Shown here piece by piece: positions 1 to 12,885 of a stretch of DNA of 64,000 nucleotides (position 1 is the stretch's first letter; every line of letters starts with the position of its first letter). Made by a program: the position numbers and the translations under genes. Under the pieces are notes generated by a model that was not told where the DNA came from, ran no database searches, and worked only from the letters and a program-made list of their open reading frames with translations. Source of the stretch: Octopus sinensis (Eukaryota); NCBI RefSeq assembly GCF_006345805.1, contig NC_043001.1, positions 4,836,001 through 4,900,000 on the forward strand, given 5' to 3'.

Positions 1-371
1 ACGCCTAGAATATATTCAGAAAAATATGCTTTAATTCACAATATTTGAGTTGATATTTCTCTTACGTTTCCTCAGAAATAATTATTACTACATTTCAAAC
101 AGAGAAAACATATCAATATCTGCGAGGGAAAGTTTTAACCACCACAATTTTAATATGTAGCAAATTTATCGTTTTCGGCAAGACGTCTCGTGGTCAAAGT
201 TGTGCGTTATATTAAAACATTAATTTTGAATTTTAGCAAGTTGAAAACATTATATATTTTCATCATTTATATTATTTATGTTCAAGGAAACGAGTGAAAT
301 AGAGAATTGCGAGAACTAAATATAAATATATAAATATATGAATTTGTTTATAAGCACAATCGTTCTCGAAT

Positions 372-462
<91 letters not shown>

Positions 463-834
463 TATAATATATATATATATATTATATAAAAGGGCTTAGT
501 AAAATAAATTACTTTGCCGCATACTGAACTCATTAGAAATAGCAGCTAAAAAACTTTTTTAAGGCTATTTCTAATACTTAAGAAAATCTCTCTCATATAT
601 AGTGTTTGCATAATTTAACTCACAAAAGTTTGGGGGTAATGACATCGAAAAATCAAATGCTAAGGTTATTCGAGAACGTACGTTTCAAGATTAGTCAAAA
701 CAACATTTCTATCATCGGCTCGGAAATTCCTTGGTTTGGATTTGGAAACACTGAAAATAAGAACATACCCTCTCGAAGATCTGCTCCCAACTAACAGTGT
801 CAACAAATTCAAAATAAGCAAGCGAAGAATCTCT

Positions 835-868
<34 letters not shown>

Positions 869-900
869 AGGTGTATATGCATAAATTCATACAGGTTGAA

Positions 901-1205
901 TGTGCATGGCTTACTCGTTAGAGCGTAGAAGTAGTGTGTTCGATTCCCGGACATGGCTGTGAGCTGTGCTCTTGAGCAAGAAACTTTTTCACGTTGCTCC
1001 AGTTCACTCAGATATAGAAATGAGTTGCGACGTCACAGGTCCCAATCTTTGTCGGTCTCTCACTTGGATATCATTGATGGCATGTAAAGCAAATTTGTTA
1101 TGCATGGGCGAATGCTGGTCTTCCATGAACAACCTTTCCCAGAATTGTGCTTCGGATGGTAACTTTCGACATGTAATTCTATGCTCATTCATGACCGAAG
1201 GCGAA
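901..1205 (+). mobile_element. Diverged tRNA-derived SINE, family A (CORE-like centre)
   Basis: B-box-like GTTCGATTCCC (~938-948) and CORE-like 'cttgagcaagaaactttttcacgttgctccagttcactcag'. The 3' half aligns by eye with 45047-45230. Boundaries approximate. Confidence 0.7.
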
Positions 1206-2301
1206 CTTTACTGTAACTCTATATATTCATACGACTGCAATAGTTTTCTTTTAACCCTAATTCGTTTGAAAATTTCACATTCGAAACTTTACTTGTGAGA
1301 AATTCGTATATTTCAATTTGAGAAAACGGACAATTGGAAACAGGAGAAAGAATAAAAATTGTTATGAATAAAACACAAGTTCAGCAAATATTTTAATCGA
1401 TTTAATCGATCTCAACATTTGTTATTTGAATGCATTGATTCAGATGGAAGAACTGAAAATGTTGACTTCGATGGCATTTGAACACAAATTTATAGATCCA
1501 GAACACGACAGGCTCACAGTGTACACCGCTCTAAGATATTCTATCATGCTACTGATCAGCAATGCTAAGGAGCTTCAACAAAAGCATCTGTACATACATC
1601 TCATTAACTGATACGGATGAGTGGTTTGGGTAGAGCCATGCATAGGCACATGTTCATCATTGCAAGTTCAATGTACGATAATAATGCAAATTTTCGAGAA
1701 GATGCGGTTTTCCCTCTGCATTCTGTTTTATGCAAAGCAGCAGGCATATATTTCTAATATCACACCATTTCACACACCTACATAGCAATACGTTCCATTC
1801 TTTGAAGGCAATCTCGTTTAAATCAACGTTTTTCTATTCCAACAAGGAAGTGAAATGAATATATATTTGCAGCATCTTAATGCATTCCTTATTCACATTG
1901 TTCAATATTCTGCACACTCAGTTATATGAACCGTTTGCAGCGTATCTTTCATGCAGTTATATAATATGAGGTTATGTGAGCTGAAATATGCGAAATTTTT
2001 ATCAAGAATATGATACGCCTATGGCATGGTTTGGAGAACAGATGAGTAACGTTAGAAGATGCTCGTGTGAACAAACGTGAAACAACAATAACAGAAGATA
2101 TATGTTTGTGGATTTGTATATTCAGATATTTTGTAAAATGTTTAAAAAAATATGAGCGCAGAGAAACGTTCTTTCTCCATTGATGATTGGTGGATGTATT
2201 TTCATGTATGAATCATGAATATCACTCAAATGAAAAAATACAACGTATAATTCGAGAGAATTTAATACTACACACTATCAAGAATCAAGGAGTAATTACA
2301 T

Positions 2302-2339
<38 letters not shown>

Positions 2340-2460
2340 TTGAAGAGGTCATGAACCAGGAAGTTTTGGGGCTTTGACGATACGACATAAATCTAAATCA
2401 TTTATAAACGGGAAACCGAAGTTAATTCCATAAACCGGCCTTCCCCATTTTAATACACAC

Positions 2461-2821
<361 letters not shown>

Positions 2822-2868
2822 GAAAGAATGGAGTCGAACGAAGATGTTAACATAACAAAATTCCTTTA

Positions 2869-2949
2869 CTCTCGACACATGTTTCGTGACAGCATGTTTT
2901 CATTCCAAAGGAATAAAGGGTGCATTATGCAATCCTCTCATCAGGAAAG
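2869..2949 (-). ncRNA. Minimal type-I hammerhead ribozyme-like motif with long stem II
   Basis: Minus strand: ctttc-CTGATGA-[~50 nt]-GAAA-ca-tg-tg-TC-gagag. Stem I ctttc/gagag, stem III aca/tgt, GUC cleavage triplet. Stem II base is imperfect. Confidence 0.65.
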
Positions 2950-3002
2950 AAAGGGAGCCTCTCTCGACAACAAGATGAAAATTTCGATAATTGCCTACAT
3001 GG

Positions 3003-3033
<31 letters not shown>

Positions 3034-3054
3034 ATATATATATATATATATAAA

Positions 3055-4208
3055 CTTAGATAAACTTAGATATGTTTCGACCAAAGATTGGTCCAGGCCA
3101 TGTCTAACTTAATAGCACCACCTGATAGAATTATTCGAATCCTGTTTAAGTCAAGTTTTGTTCAAGTAGTGAGTTCTTGTTGGGTGAGTTGTATCCAGTT
3201 TTGTTCAAGTAGTAAGTTCTTGTTGGGTGAGTTGTATCCTGTTTTGTTCAAGTAGTGAGTTCTTGTTGGGTGAGTTGTATCCAATTATGGGTGGCTTATC
3301 TGGTATTCTTTGAAGGAATCTATCCAGACTCTGTTTAAAGTTGATGGGATCCTTTTCCTCTTTGATCTCTCTCGGGACAATGTTAAATAGGGCAGGGCCT
3401 GTTGAGGAAAAGAAATTATGTTGCAGTGTACATGTATGTTGTGATCTTGAATTGTGCAGGGGACGTATAGCCCGTGGTCCAAGTCTTGGATGAACCTTGA
3501 AGCTAATGTTTAGGTCGTTTGGGCAAAGTTGGCGGTATATTTTCCACATCGTACAAATGATGTACCGCTCACGGCGACGCTGGAGGGAGTAAAGTTTCAA
3601 GGCTTTAAGGCGATCCCAATAATCGAGAGCAGCCACGCCTTCAACTCGTTTAGTGAGTGCCCTCTGGGGTGACTCAATTCTGGAGATGTTTTGTCTTGTG
3701 TGTGGAGACCACAGTGGGCAGCAGTATTCAAGATGTGGCAGTACAAAGGAGGAAAAAAGTGGTATGATGACACCTTGTTCTCTGGACCGGAAAGTTCTTA
3801 AGATCCAGGAACTCATCCTACGAGCTATATCGACCTTCTTGTTGATGTGTGCACTCCAACTGAGATCGTCATCAACAATTACACCCAGGTCTCTGATATT
3901 GTTAGAGGCTGTGAGCGGTTCCCCTGGAGGAAGAGAGTATGGCTGTTTTAGTGAGGAGTTTCTTCCGAAATGCCTCAGCTCAAATATTCCCTCGTTCAGT
4001 TGCATTTTGTTTCTGTCTGCCCATTGACTCACAGCATATAGATCAGACTGGAGTTGAGTTCGGTCTGCTTCTTCATTGACGATTTGCTGGAGCTTGGTGT
4101 CATCAGCAAATATTTTCACTTTGCAGTAATGTACGACACTGAAAAGGTCGTTTATGTAGATTATGAAGAGTAGCGGACCCAAGACAGTCCCCTGGGGGAC
4201 ACCGCTGA
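3055..4208 (-). mobile_element. 5'-truncated CR1/L2-group LINE (RT C-terminal half plus 3' UTR)
   Basis: ORF 3205-4287 contains GVPQGTVLGPLLF..YINDL, FADDTKL, DLGVIVD and HLEYCCPLWSP. Its N-terminal IY-run is microsatellite. 3' tail aagtttatct repeats; (TA)n on both flanks. Confidence 0.92.
3155..3283. repeat. 3 x 43-bp tandem repeat inside the LINE 3' end
   Basis: Unit gttttgttcaagtagtgagttcttgttgggtgagttgtatcca starts at 3155, 3198 and 3241. Confidence 0.95.
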
Positions 4209-4278
4209 AATATATATATCTATATACATATATATATACATATATATATACATATATATACATATATATACATATATA

Positions 4279-4491
4279 TCTATACAATAATATGTTACAT
4301 TACTCGATAGTCAAGATAAAACTCTGAGTTTCAGATGCCGAAGTGGAAATCCACAACATCATCTCTTCGGTTATCTGGCTACTTGAAATAGCCAGATAAC
4401 CGAAGAGATGGTGTTGTGGATTTCCACTTCGACATCTGAAACTCAGAGCTTTATCTTGATTATCGAGTAATGTAACATATTATTGTATAGA
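4279..4491. repeat. Fold-back palindrome, ~103-bp arms and 7-nt loop, with hammerhead-like variant cores
   Basis: Arms 4279-4381 and 4389-4491 are reverse complements with 4 transition mismatches. Each strand reads agataa-CCGAAGA-gatg..catc-t-GAAA-ctc-a-gag-(T/C)T-ttatct. Confidence 0.9.
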
Positions 4492-5479
4492 AATAGTTCC
4501 TCTATTTACATAATATTGAGGTCTCTTTCTTTCTTTTGTTATCTTACCGTTTTATCAACATATACATATATATATATATAAATCATATTTAGTATTTTTA
4601 AGGACTAGTAGCTCCTATTTATATTTTTGGCCATCCCCAAATTGATATTTTCGGAAAACAAGAAATTTTGCTTACTTTTGAGTGGAAAATTAGATTTCTT
4701 TCGTATATCAAGATAATTTTTTGTTTTCTTCCAACAATCATATTTTGTTTTGAGGACACTACAATATCTTGATGAGTCGCGGTAAAATTTTCATCATGAA
4801 TATAGTTCACGGTAACTCTTTAATTTTCAAATAGCGTATTATACTCTACATTTACCACGTGTTAGCCTATTTAAATTTGTACATACTTTGAATGCACATA
4901 AGCTGTTAGGTTTCTCTTCATCCAGTACGACCTCAAAACTATATCGTTTTAAAAGACGTGTATTTCGGAATGAAATTCAGAATTTGTTTTGTCAGGTGTG
5001 ACAACCTCATCTACTTACATGCATTTATACTGATCTTTATTTAGCATTTACAGAAATCTTCGGATAATAGGCATCCATTTAAGACAAATAATCTGACTCA
5101 GTTTTTCGTACAAAATATTATGTCTTGAAGCATTCGGATTTGAATTATTCTGCCATAGTGAAATCTTCCTGACTCTTTTAAACACTGTCCTTATGTTTCC
5201 TCCTGCTCACAATTATTAACACCCATTGTCAAAACATGGGGTTTTATTACATATCTGGCTCCAATCAGTGTCAGCATCAATATTTGTTTAATGTTGGCAC
5301 AATAGTTTATGGAGCCCAAAACCAAATTTAAATTCCCAATATATATATATTTTTAATGAGCAAAACCAGAAAAACCAAAATAGTTGAGTGGTGCAGAATT
5401 ATTGGCACATCTACAACATTCGATGATTAACAATCGATATTTCATTCTTTGTGTTTAATGACATCATTTATTCTGCGCG

Positions 5480-6790
5480 GGTAGTTTTCAATTAACTTCA
5501 GACACAGATCAGGAGGTATTTTAGCAAATTCTTTACTCGTATATCTTCTTCCGCTTTTTCTTTCCTTTTTTCTGTCATCTTTTTTGTTTTTTTTCTGTTT
5601 TTTTCATTTCGCTTGTTCCAAAATTGTAACTTAAAAACTGGTGACGTCATTCCATCAACGTGTGGACGCTAGTTGCTCTCGTTCTTACTTCACGTTTAAA
5701 TTACAGTGAATCACGAGTAAAGGAAACAGCAAATGAAATAGCTAAGATTAACAAAGATAGTTAAACCTATACGCATAATTTTAGCAAACACAATATAACA
5801 GATGGCAGAATTCCTCTAGTGATTAATTGGCACCGACATTTCGCTGGCATTTCAAAAGTGTTGCATGAAAGTTACCAGCTTCAAACAGATATTTCCTCAT
5901 CCGCCTATTGTAGGTTTTAGACGGAATAAGAATATAAGAGAATTATTGACCTCTATATCAGACTCCACGAAAATGAACATTGGAGTATCTGCACGCTGTA
6001 CCTTAAAGGACAGCCACAAGAGAGGTAAGCACTGTTCATTGTGCAACAACATGAGTGAAGTGAATTCCGTCAGAAATCATAACAGAAATGTTATGATTTA
6101 TACAGAAGGTGGAACATGTAAAGATTCCCATTTGGTGTACGCTGCAGAATGTACGAAACGCAACTTATGTTGGTTGCACAACAGAACAATTAAACAAAAG
6201 GTTTAATAGGCACAGATTCGACGTCAGGCACAATAACAGTAGTTCGACAGAACTTGCTGAACATTTAGTTTCAAAGGGCTGCAATTTTGAAGAAGACTTG
6301 AAAGTGCATATTCTCAGAAAATATTCTGAATCTACTTCACTTTCACTTCTCAGAATGTATGAGGAGAATTACGTTTGCAGGTTATTAACATCACGCCCTG
6401 GAGGAATGAATAAGATGACAGGAGAATATCATTAAATTTATACAAAACTATTTGATTAAATATTCTTCTTTCTCTCATTTTCCTTCCTTTTTCCTGTGGT
6501 CTTCTTTTTTTCTGTTTTGTCTTCTGTCTTTTTCTTTCCCCCTGTTATAAAATTGTAGCTTAAAACTGATGACGTCATTCCATCAACGTGTGGACGCTGG
6601 TGGCTCTCGTTCATACGTTATGTTTACATTTCTGGAATTTTGAATTTTTATTACTTCTTATTTTAAACTTAAAAACAGACGTATTGTTGAAATATCGTTC
6701 AACTAATAAAATATCTTACAATCGAATCACGCTCTTCGACTTGACTGTTTATATTTGTGAAGAGTTACGTCAATCCTTTTTTAGAATATA
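5480..6790 (+). mobile_element. 5'-truncated Penelope-like element with GIY-YIG endonuclease, flanked by direct repeats (pLTR-like)
   Basis: Frameshifted RIPLVINWH..FKQIFPHPPIVGFRRNKNIRELL..CSLC..TCKDSHLVYAAECTK..YVGCTTEQLNKRFNRH (5800-6435). A ~65-bp direct repeat occurs at ~5621-5685 and ~6549-6613. Confidence 0.85.
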
Positions 6791-6802
6791 ATAATAATAA
6801 TA

Positions 6803-6838
<36 letters not shown>

Positions 6839-6878
6839 TGATAATAATAAATAATGATAATATAATAATATAATAATG

Positions 6879-6912
<34 letters not shown>

Positions 6913-6926
6913 GAATAATAATAATA

Positions 6927-6957
<31 letters not shown>

Positions 6958-7097
6958 ATAATAATAATAATAATAATGATAATAATAATAATAATAATAA
7001 TAATGATAATAATAATAATATAATAATAATAATAATAATAATAATGATAATAACAATAATAATAATAATGATAATAATAATAATAAAAATAATGATG

Positions 7098-7152
<55 letters not shown>

Positions 7153-7154
7153 TG

Positions 7155-7217
<63 letters not shown>

Positions 7218-7239
7218 GAATAATAAGAATAATAATAAT
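6785..7239. repeat. Long imperfect (AAT)n microsatellite
   Basis: Direct reading. Confidence 0.95.
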
Positions 7240-7786
7240 CAATGCCAACATTATGGAATAACAACAGAAAAAAGATGGTATAGGCACGCACCAGAAAAGG
7301 TCACAGAAAACGAGAAAGCAACCATACTCTGCGATATGCCAATACACAGAGATAAAGAAATTATAGCCCACAGACCAGATATAGTTGTCAGAGATCATGA
7401 AGAAAAAGATGCTTTTTTATTTGATGTATCAATACCAGCAGATGACAACATGTCTCTAAAAGAAATGGAGAAACTTTCAAAATACAAAGACCTAGAAATA
7501 GAGGTAACCAGAATGTGGACTCTAAAATCAGAAACAATTCCTATCATAGTAGGTGCATTAGGCATGATAAAAGAATATTCAGACAAATACATAACAAAAT
7601 CATCAGGAATTACAAACACATATAACATACAGAACATTGCACTACTAGGCTCTGCACACATCCTACGCAGAACACTTTCCATACAGTAACCACCAGAGCA
7701 TCTCAACAGATCACAGCACATACCCAAGGCACACAGAGCTGCGCTCGGTAGTGAACTGAAGGCACGCTAAAACAATTAAACTACTG
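7240..7786 (+). mobile_element. R4/Dong-clade retrotransposon subfamily B, 3' fragment (REL endonuclease plus 3' UTR)
   Basis: HRPDIVVRDHEEKDAFLFDVSIPAD..EKLSKYKDLEIE (PD..D/ExK nuclease). (AAT)n on both sides. Confidence 0.9.
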
Positions 7787-7790
7787 AATG

Positions 7791-7895
<105 letters not shown>

Positions 7896-7927
7896 TAATA
7901 ATAATAATAGTAATAATAATAATAAAT

Positions 7928-9812
7928 GATGCGCACACGGCAAGCTAGTTCAGCTGCTCAATGGAATTATGAGAGACCCAAAGAAAACACCTGAATGGTT
8001 AGCAAGTGGTATTACTTATCTACTCCCAAAGAATAACGAAACCAACCTTCCAAAAAACTATCGGCCTATAACCTGTCTATCCGCCACGTATAAAATCCTA
8101 ACATCTATCCTGCCGGAGAAAACATATGGATTCATGGAGAAGAACGATATTTTCCTCATTGAACAAAAAGGGTGCTGCCGGGGCTCATACGGATGCAAAG
8201 ATCAACTGCTAATTAATCGTATGGTCCTTGAGAACTGTCACAACAAGCGCAGAAATCTCAGCTCCGCATTGATTGACTATAAAAAGGTCTTCCACAGTAT
8301 ACCGCATCCATGTTTCTTCAGATCGCTGGACATCTTCAAAATTTCCCTTTTGATTTCAAGCTTCCTGAAGCACAATATGTCGTTGTGGAATACGAATCTC
8401 CAATTATACCACTCTAATGGAGTACTTGCCTCAGAAAATATAAACATCAACTGTGGAATTTTTCAAGGTGACTCACTTTCACCTTTAATATTCTGCATAG
8501 CCCTAATACCGCTAACAAGTGAATTAAACAGAACAGGGTATGGGTATAAAATTGCCAATAAAAAAATAAGCCATCTATTTTATAAGGATGACTTAAAACT
8601 CTATGGTAAAGACGATAATGAACTTGAAGGCCTATTGCGCACTTTGAAAGCATTCAGCGATGACATCGGGATGGAGTTTGGGCTTGAGAAGTGTGCCAAG
8701 GCCACTTTCCAGAAAGGGAAAGTGAAGACCACAAATTCAGTCGTATTAGATGTTGACACAGTCATAAGAGAGCTTGAGCAAGAACAAACTTACAAATATT
8801 TAGGGATAAATGAAGGCTCTGGTATTCAGCATGCAAGTATGAAAGAGAAGATCAGGAAGGAATGTTATAGGAGAGTTCGTGCAGTCCGGAAATCTGAACT
8901 AAATATTTGCCGTGCAGAGGTTTCACCCTCTGCACGGCAAATATGTGGCCCCCAGCAAACAAGCTGATGTTGACCAGAAGCAAACCCATCAGTGGCTACG
9001 GAGCTCAGGGCTAAAAGCAGAGAGCGAAGGTTTCATCCTGGCTGCTCAAGATCAAAGCCTATTAACCCGGAACTACCAGGCCAATGTGATGAAAAATGGA
9101 GCAGACCCAATATGCCGATTCTGCAACGACATGATTGAAACAGTGGACCACCTAATCTCTGGATGTAAAGTTTTAGCACCAGTGGAGTATAAAGTAAGAC
9201 ATGACAGAGTTGGCCAATATCTACACTGGCTAATAAGTCGGCATTACAATATCAAAACTGCCGACAAGTGGTATAATCACCACCCTGAAGCTGTAACTGA
9301 AGGAGAAAATGTAACGATACTGTGGGACTTTCCAGTACATACAGACCGAACCATCAAAGCCAATAAACCAGATATTGTTGTGAAAGACCAAAACAATAAA
9401 GTTTGCTTATTGATCGACATGAGCATCCCCTGTGATCATAATATCTCGGCGAAAGAGTTTGACAAGCTCAGAAAATATAAAGACCTGCTCATTGAAATTG
9501 AGAAAATGTGGCATCTCAAGGCGGTTACAATACCAGTGATCGTAGGAGCACTAGGAATGATAAAGAAGGCAACCGAAAATTATATGAGAATGATCACTGG
9601 CTTACCATCCCTGCAAGAAGTGCAAAAGATTGTCTTAACTGGTACATCACACGTATTGAGAAGAGCATTGTCGAAGTGAGAACTGTTGCTGCTCATGTAT
9701 TTAAACGAACTAGTAAGTTTAGTTTAATGGCCTACCATTGTATACTATGAGTTTCTTTGCCCTGGGAGTCGGGAAGACACTCGGCAAGAAATGGAAGCAA
9801 ATTTGGATGAAG
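7928..9812 (+). mobile_element. R4/Dong-clade retrotransposon subfamily A, 5'-truncated and internally deleted
   Basis: ORFs 7969-8967 (RT: NYRPITCL, GIFQGDSLSP, YKDD variant) and 8912-9679 (CRFC..H..SGC knuckle, KPDIVV..IDMSIP..KY). Near-identical to 55858-58190; ends in (AAT)n. Confidence 0.93.
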
Positions 9813-9873
<61 letters not shown>

Positions 9874-9875
<2 letters not shown>

Positions 9876-9960
9876 CACAACAAATCACAGTACATACCCA
9901 AGGCACACAGAGCTGCGCTCGGTAGTGAAGTGAAAGCACGCTATAAAAATAAAACTACTG
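9874..9960 (+). mobile_element. R4/Dong subfamily B 3' UTR-only insertion
   Basis: atcacaacaaatcacagtacatacccaaggcacacagagctgcgctcggtagtgaagtg matches 58815-58901 and 53190-53274. Embedded in (AAT)n. Confidence 0.85.
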
Positions 9961-11085
9961 AATAATAATAATAATAATAATATTAATAATAATAAAGAAT
10001 CAAATGCTCTTTACATAAAAACAGATAAGATATCGGTCCCTATAATATTTTTGTTTATCACTTCTTGGTTAACTCCAATAAATGTATTTTCTTCAGTGGA
10101 TTACTTCCTGAAATGAAATCCGACTTTGACGTATATTTTGTATTATATACGAATAATGACATCACACTTCAATGGATAGTATGATACGCAACGAACAAAA
10201 TCACGATATAATAACATAAGAGGAAAAAATATACGTAACTTCACTTTTAACTCATAATACATTGCAAGACATAAAATATTAAGATGAGACTGCAATATTT
10301 TTTCTGTCATAACTTTCGATGTAATCTTATAAAAACTGTAAAGTTAAACATGCCAAATTTTGTTCAAAGTCAACATATTGAACAGAAGAAATTACGAACT
10401 GAATAAACTAAAAAATATATTTGTTTACATGTTTTCACAATAAATTGAAAACTTATAAAGTACTATTGACAGAAAAACAAAGAATAATCGGTGTCTTCAC
10501 AAAACAACATAGCCAGAAGAAAGATTTCAAATGAAAAATGTTTTGTAAACAGGATACAGAAACAGAAAAATGGTGAACAAGGAAGGATAGCAGTGTCAGG
10601 TGCTAGAAGAATGTATTCACAAAAAGCTCCAGTACTTTTAATAGTAACTCCTATCTCGTCTTCCATGTTATTATTTTTATACCAATTGAAATTGATTTTA
10701 AAATGGTAAATTTAGTTTTACATCAATGCAGATGTAAACGAAATCCGTTCTGTAATACCATGTTAATCTCAATGCAAGTGCAGTTTTATTTCTTGCCTTA
10801 TTAACGTGTTGTTAAACTTTTGACATACATTGAAGACAGAATAAAAGTGTATAGAAACAGATGTATATATATAATGTAACTTTGCATGATTTATTGGGCA
10901 AATATTCATGTTCAGTTCTATATTTAAGTAATAAGTATTTTATTTACATTATTTACATTTGGCAGATATTTGTCCACATCTTATTTCTTGTTAAAACAAC
11001 GTTTCGATTGATAAACCCTCCAGCCTCCATCAGGTGCCTTGGAGAAATTTCGTACCTAGTTTATAATTCCTAAGTTATATTTCGA

Positions 11086-11146
<61 letters not shown>

Positions 11147-11260
11147 GAGTGGGAGAAAAGTGCATGCCATCAAAGTGACACTGGGGTGAAATATACGAAA
11201 CCCAGTATACCCATCATGACTACCCGTCTAATAAGGGAATTTTCGAATCTGGGATCTCAT
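11147..11260. mobile_element. Probable LINE/SINE tail fragment next to (ATT)n
   Basis: gtgcatgccatcaaagtgacactggggtgaaatatacgaaacccagtatacccatc resembles a common octopod interspersed repeat (recalled, not searched). Confidence 0.4.
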
Positions 11261-11296
11261 CCTTTAGGTATTTTTCGATGTTACAACAACAACAAC

Positions 11297-11373
<77 letters not shown>

Positions 11374-11391
11374 CAACAATAATAATAATAA

Positions 11392-11750
11392 CAGTGAACA
11401 GCAACTTCACATGTGCTTCGGAGAACCTGATATACGCATTAACCTGCTCTGGGTGTCAAGAGCAGTATATAGGCCAAACAAAAAATAGTTTGCGTAAAAG
11501 AATGGCCCTGCACAGATCCCAGATAAAAATTCCCCAAAGCAGAAAAATAGCATTCAGCCAACACATAGACACTTGCGCCAACAACAAAACACCAAGATTC
11601 AGCATTTTCCCCCTCTACCAATTCAGGGACGATACAACCTCGAGCCAACGAATAAGTAAAGAAGCTCTCTTTATTACAAAATACAGGCCACTTCTGAACG
11701 GGTCTATGCCAAACGATATGTACACCTCGGCTTTAGAATAACACAAATAC
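11392..11750 (+). mobile_element. Penelope-like GIY-YIG endonuclease fragment
   Basis: FTCASENLIYALTCSGCQEQYIGQTKNSLRKRMALH..FSQH..R..KEALFITKY. Confidence 0.88.
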
Positions 11751-11849
11751 ACACGCAAATATTACATTCCAAAGAATCCATTACAAATCAGCCCCAATCA
11801 CAGCTATAACCAATAACGTGCCAAATTCAAGTCATACAACACCTCACTA

Positions 11850-12031
11850 CTTCCACTCATTCATACTCTCCCTTCTTTGTCTTCTCCTTCCTCTTCTTCA
11901 TCATCATTATTATCATCATCATCATCGTCGTCATCATCACCATCATCATCATCATCTTTTTCTTCTTCTTCTCCTTCTTCATCATCATCATCATAATCAT
12001 CATCTTATTCTTCTTCTTCTTCTTCTCCTTC

Positions 12032-12070
<39 letters not shown>

Positions 12071-12278
12071 TTCTTCTTCTTCTTCTTCTTCTGCTCCACC
12101 TTCTACTTCTTAACCTTATCACTAAGGCTTTTTAGTATAACACCTACGCAAATTCTGTAATCAAAGCTTTCAATAGAAATATCCTCATCAATTGAACAGC
12201 AACTGCTAGCCGCCACTGACCATTCAAAATACGACAATCAAGGCACTCCCAAATTCCCGCCCCCTTCTCCTCATCATC

Positions 12279-12369
<91 letters not shown>

Positions 12370-12480
12370 TATTATTATTATTACTATTATTATTATTATT
12401 ATTATTATTTATTATTATTATTATTATTATTTTTCTCCTTCTCCTTCTTCTTCTTCTTCTTCTTCTTCTTCTTCTTCCCT
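11850..12480. repeat. Compound (CAT)n/(CTT)n/(ATT)n trinucleotide repeats
   Basis: Direct reading; a non-repetitive spacer lies at ~12100-12270. Confidence 0.85.
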
Positions 12481-12768
12481 ACCAAGAATTCACAACGACC
12501 TCGAACCCACAAGTGTAAACAAGAGAGACAGAGAAAGGCAGAAACAAGGAAAATGCCACTTATACTTAAACACTATACAAATATTTCTTTAAAAAAACTA
12601 TTCTTTTAATGTTTCTAAATTTAATTATTTAATCGTTACAGTTGAAAAGGTCTCAAAATGACCGAATCTGGTACTGAAATGTTCTTTATAAAATTATTTT
12701 AGCATTCTCTATCTTGACTTGTTTTATCATATATATCAACTCGTGTGTTCCTTTTCACCCTTATACAT

Positions 12769-12885
<117 letters not shown>

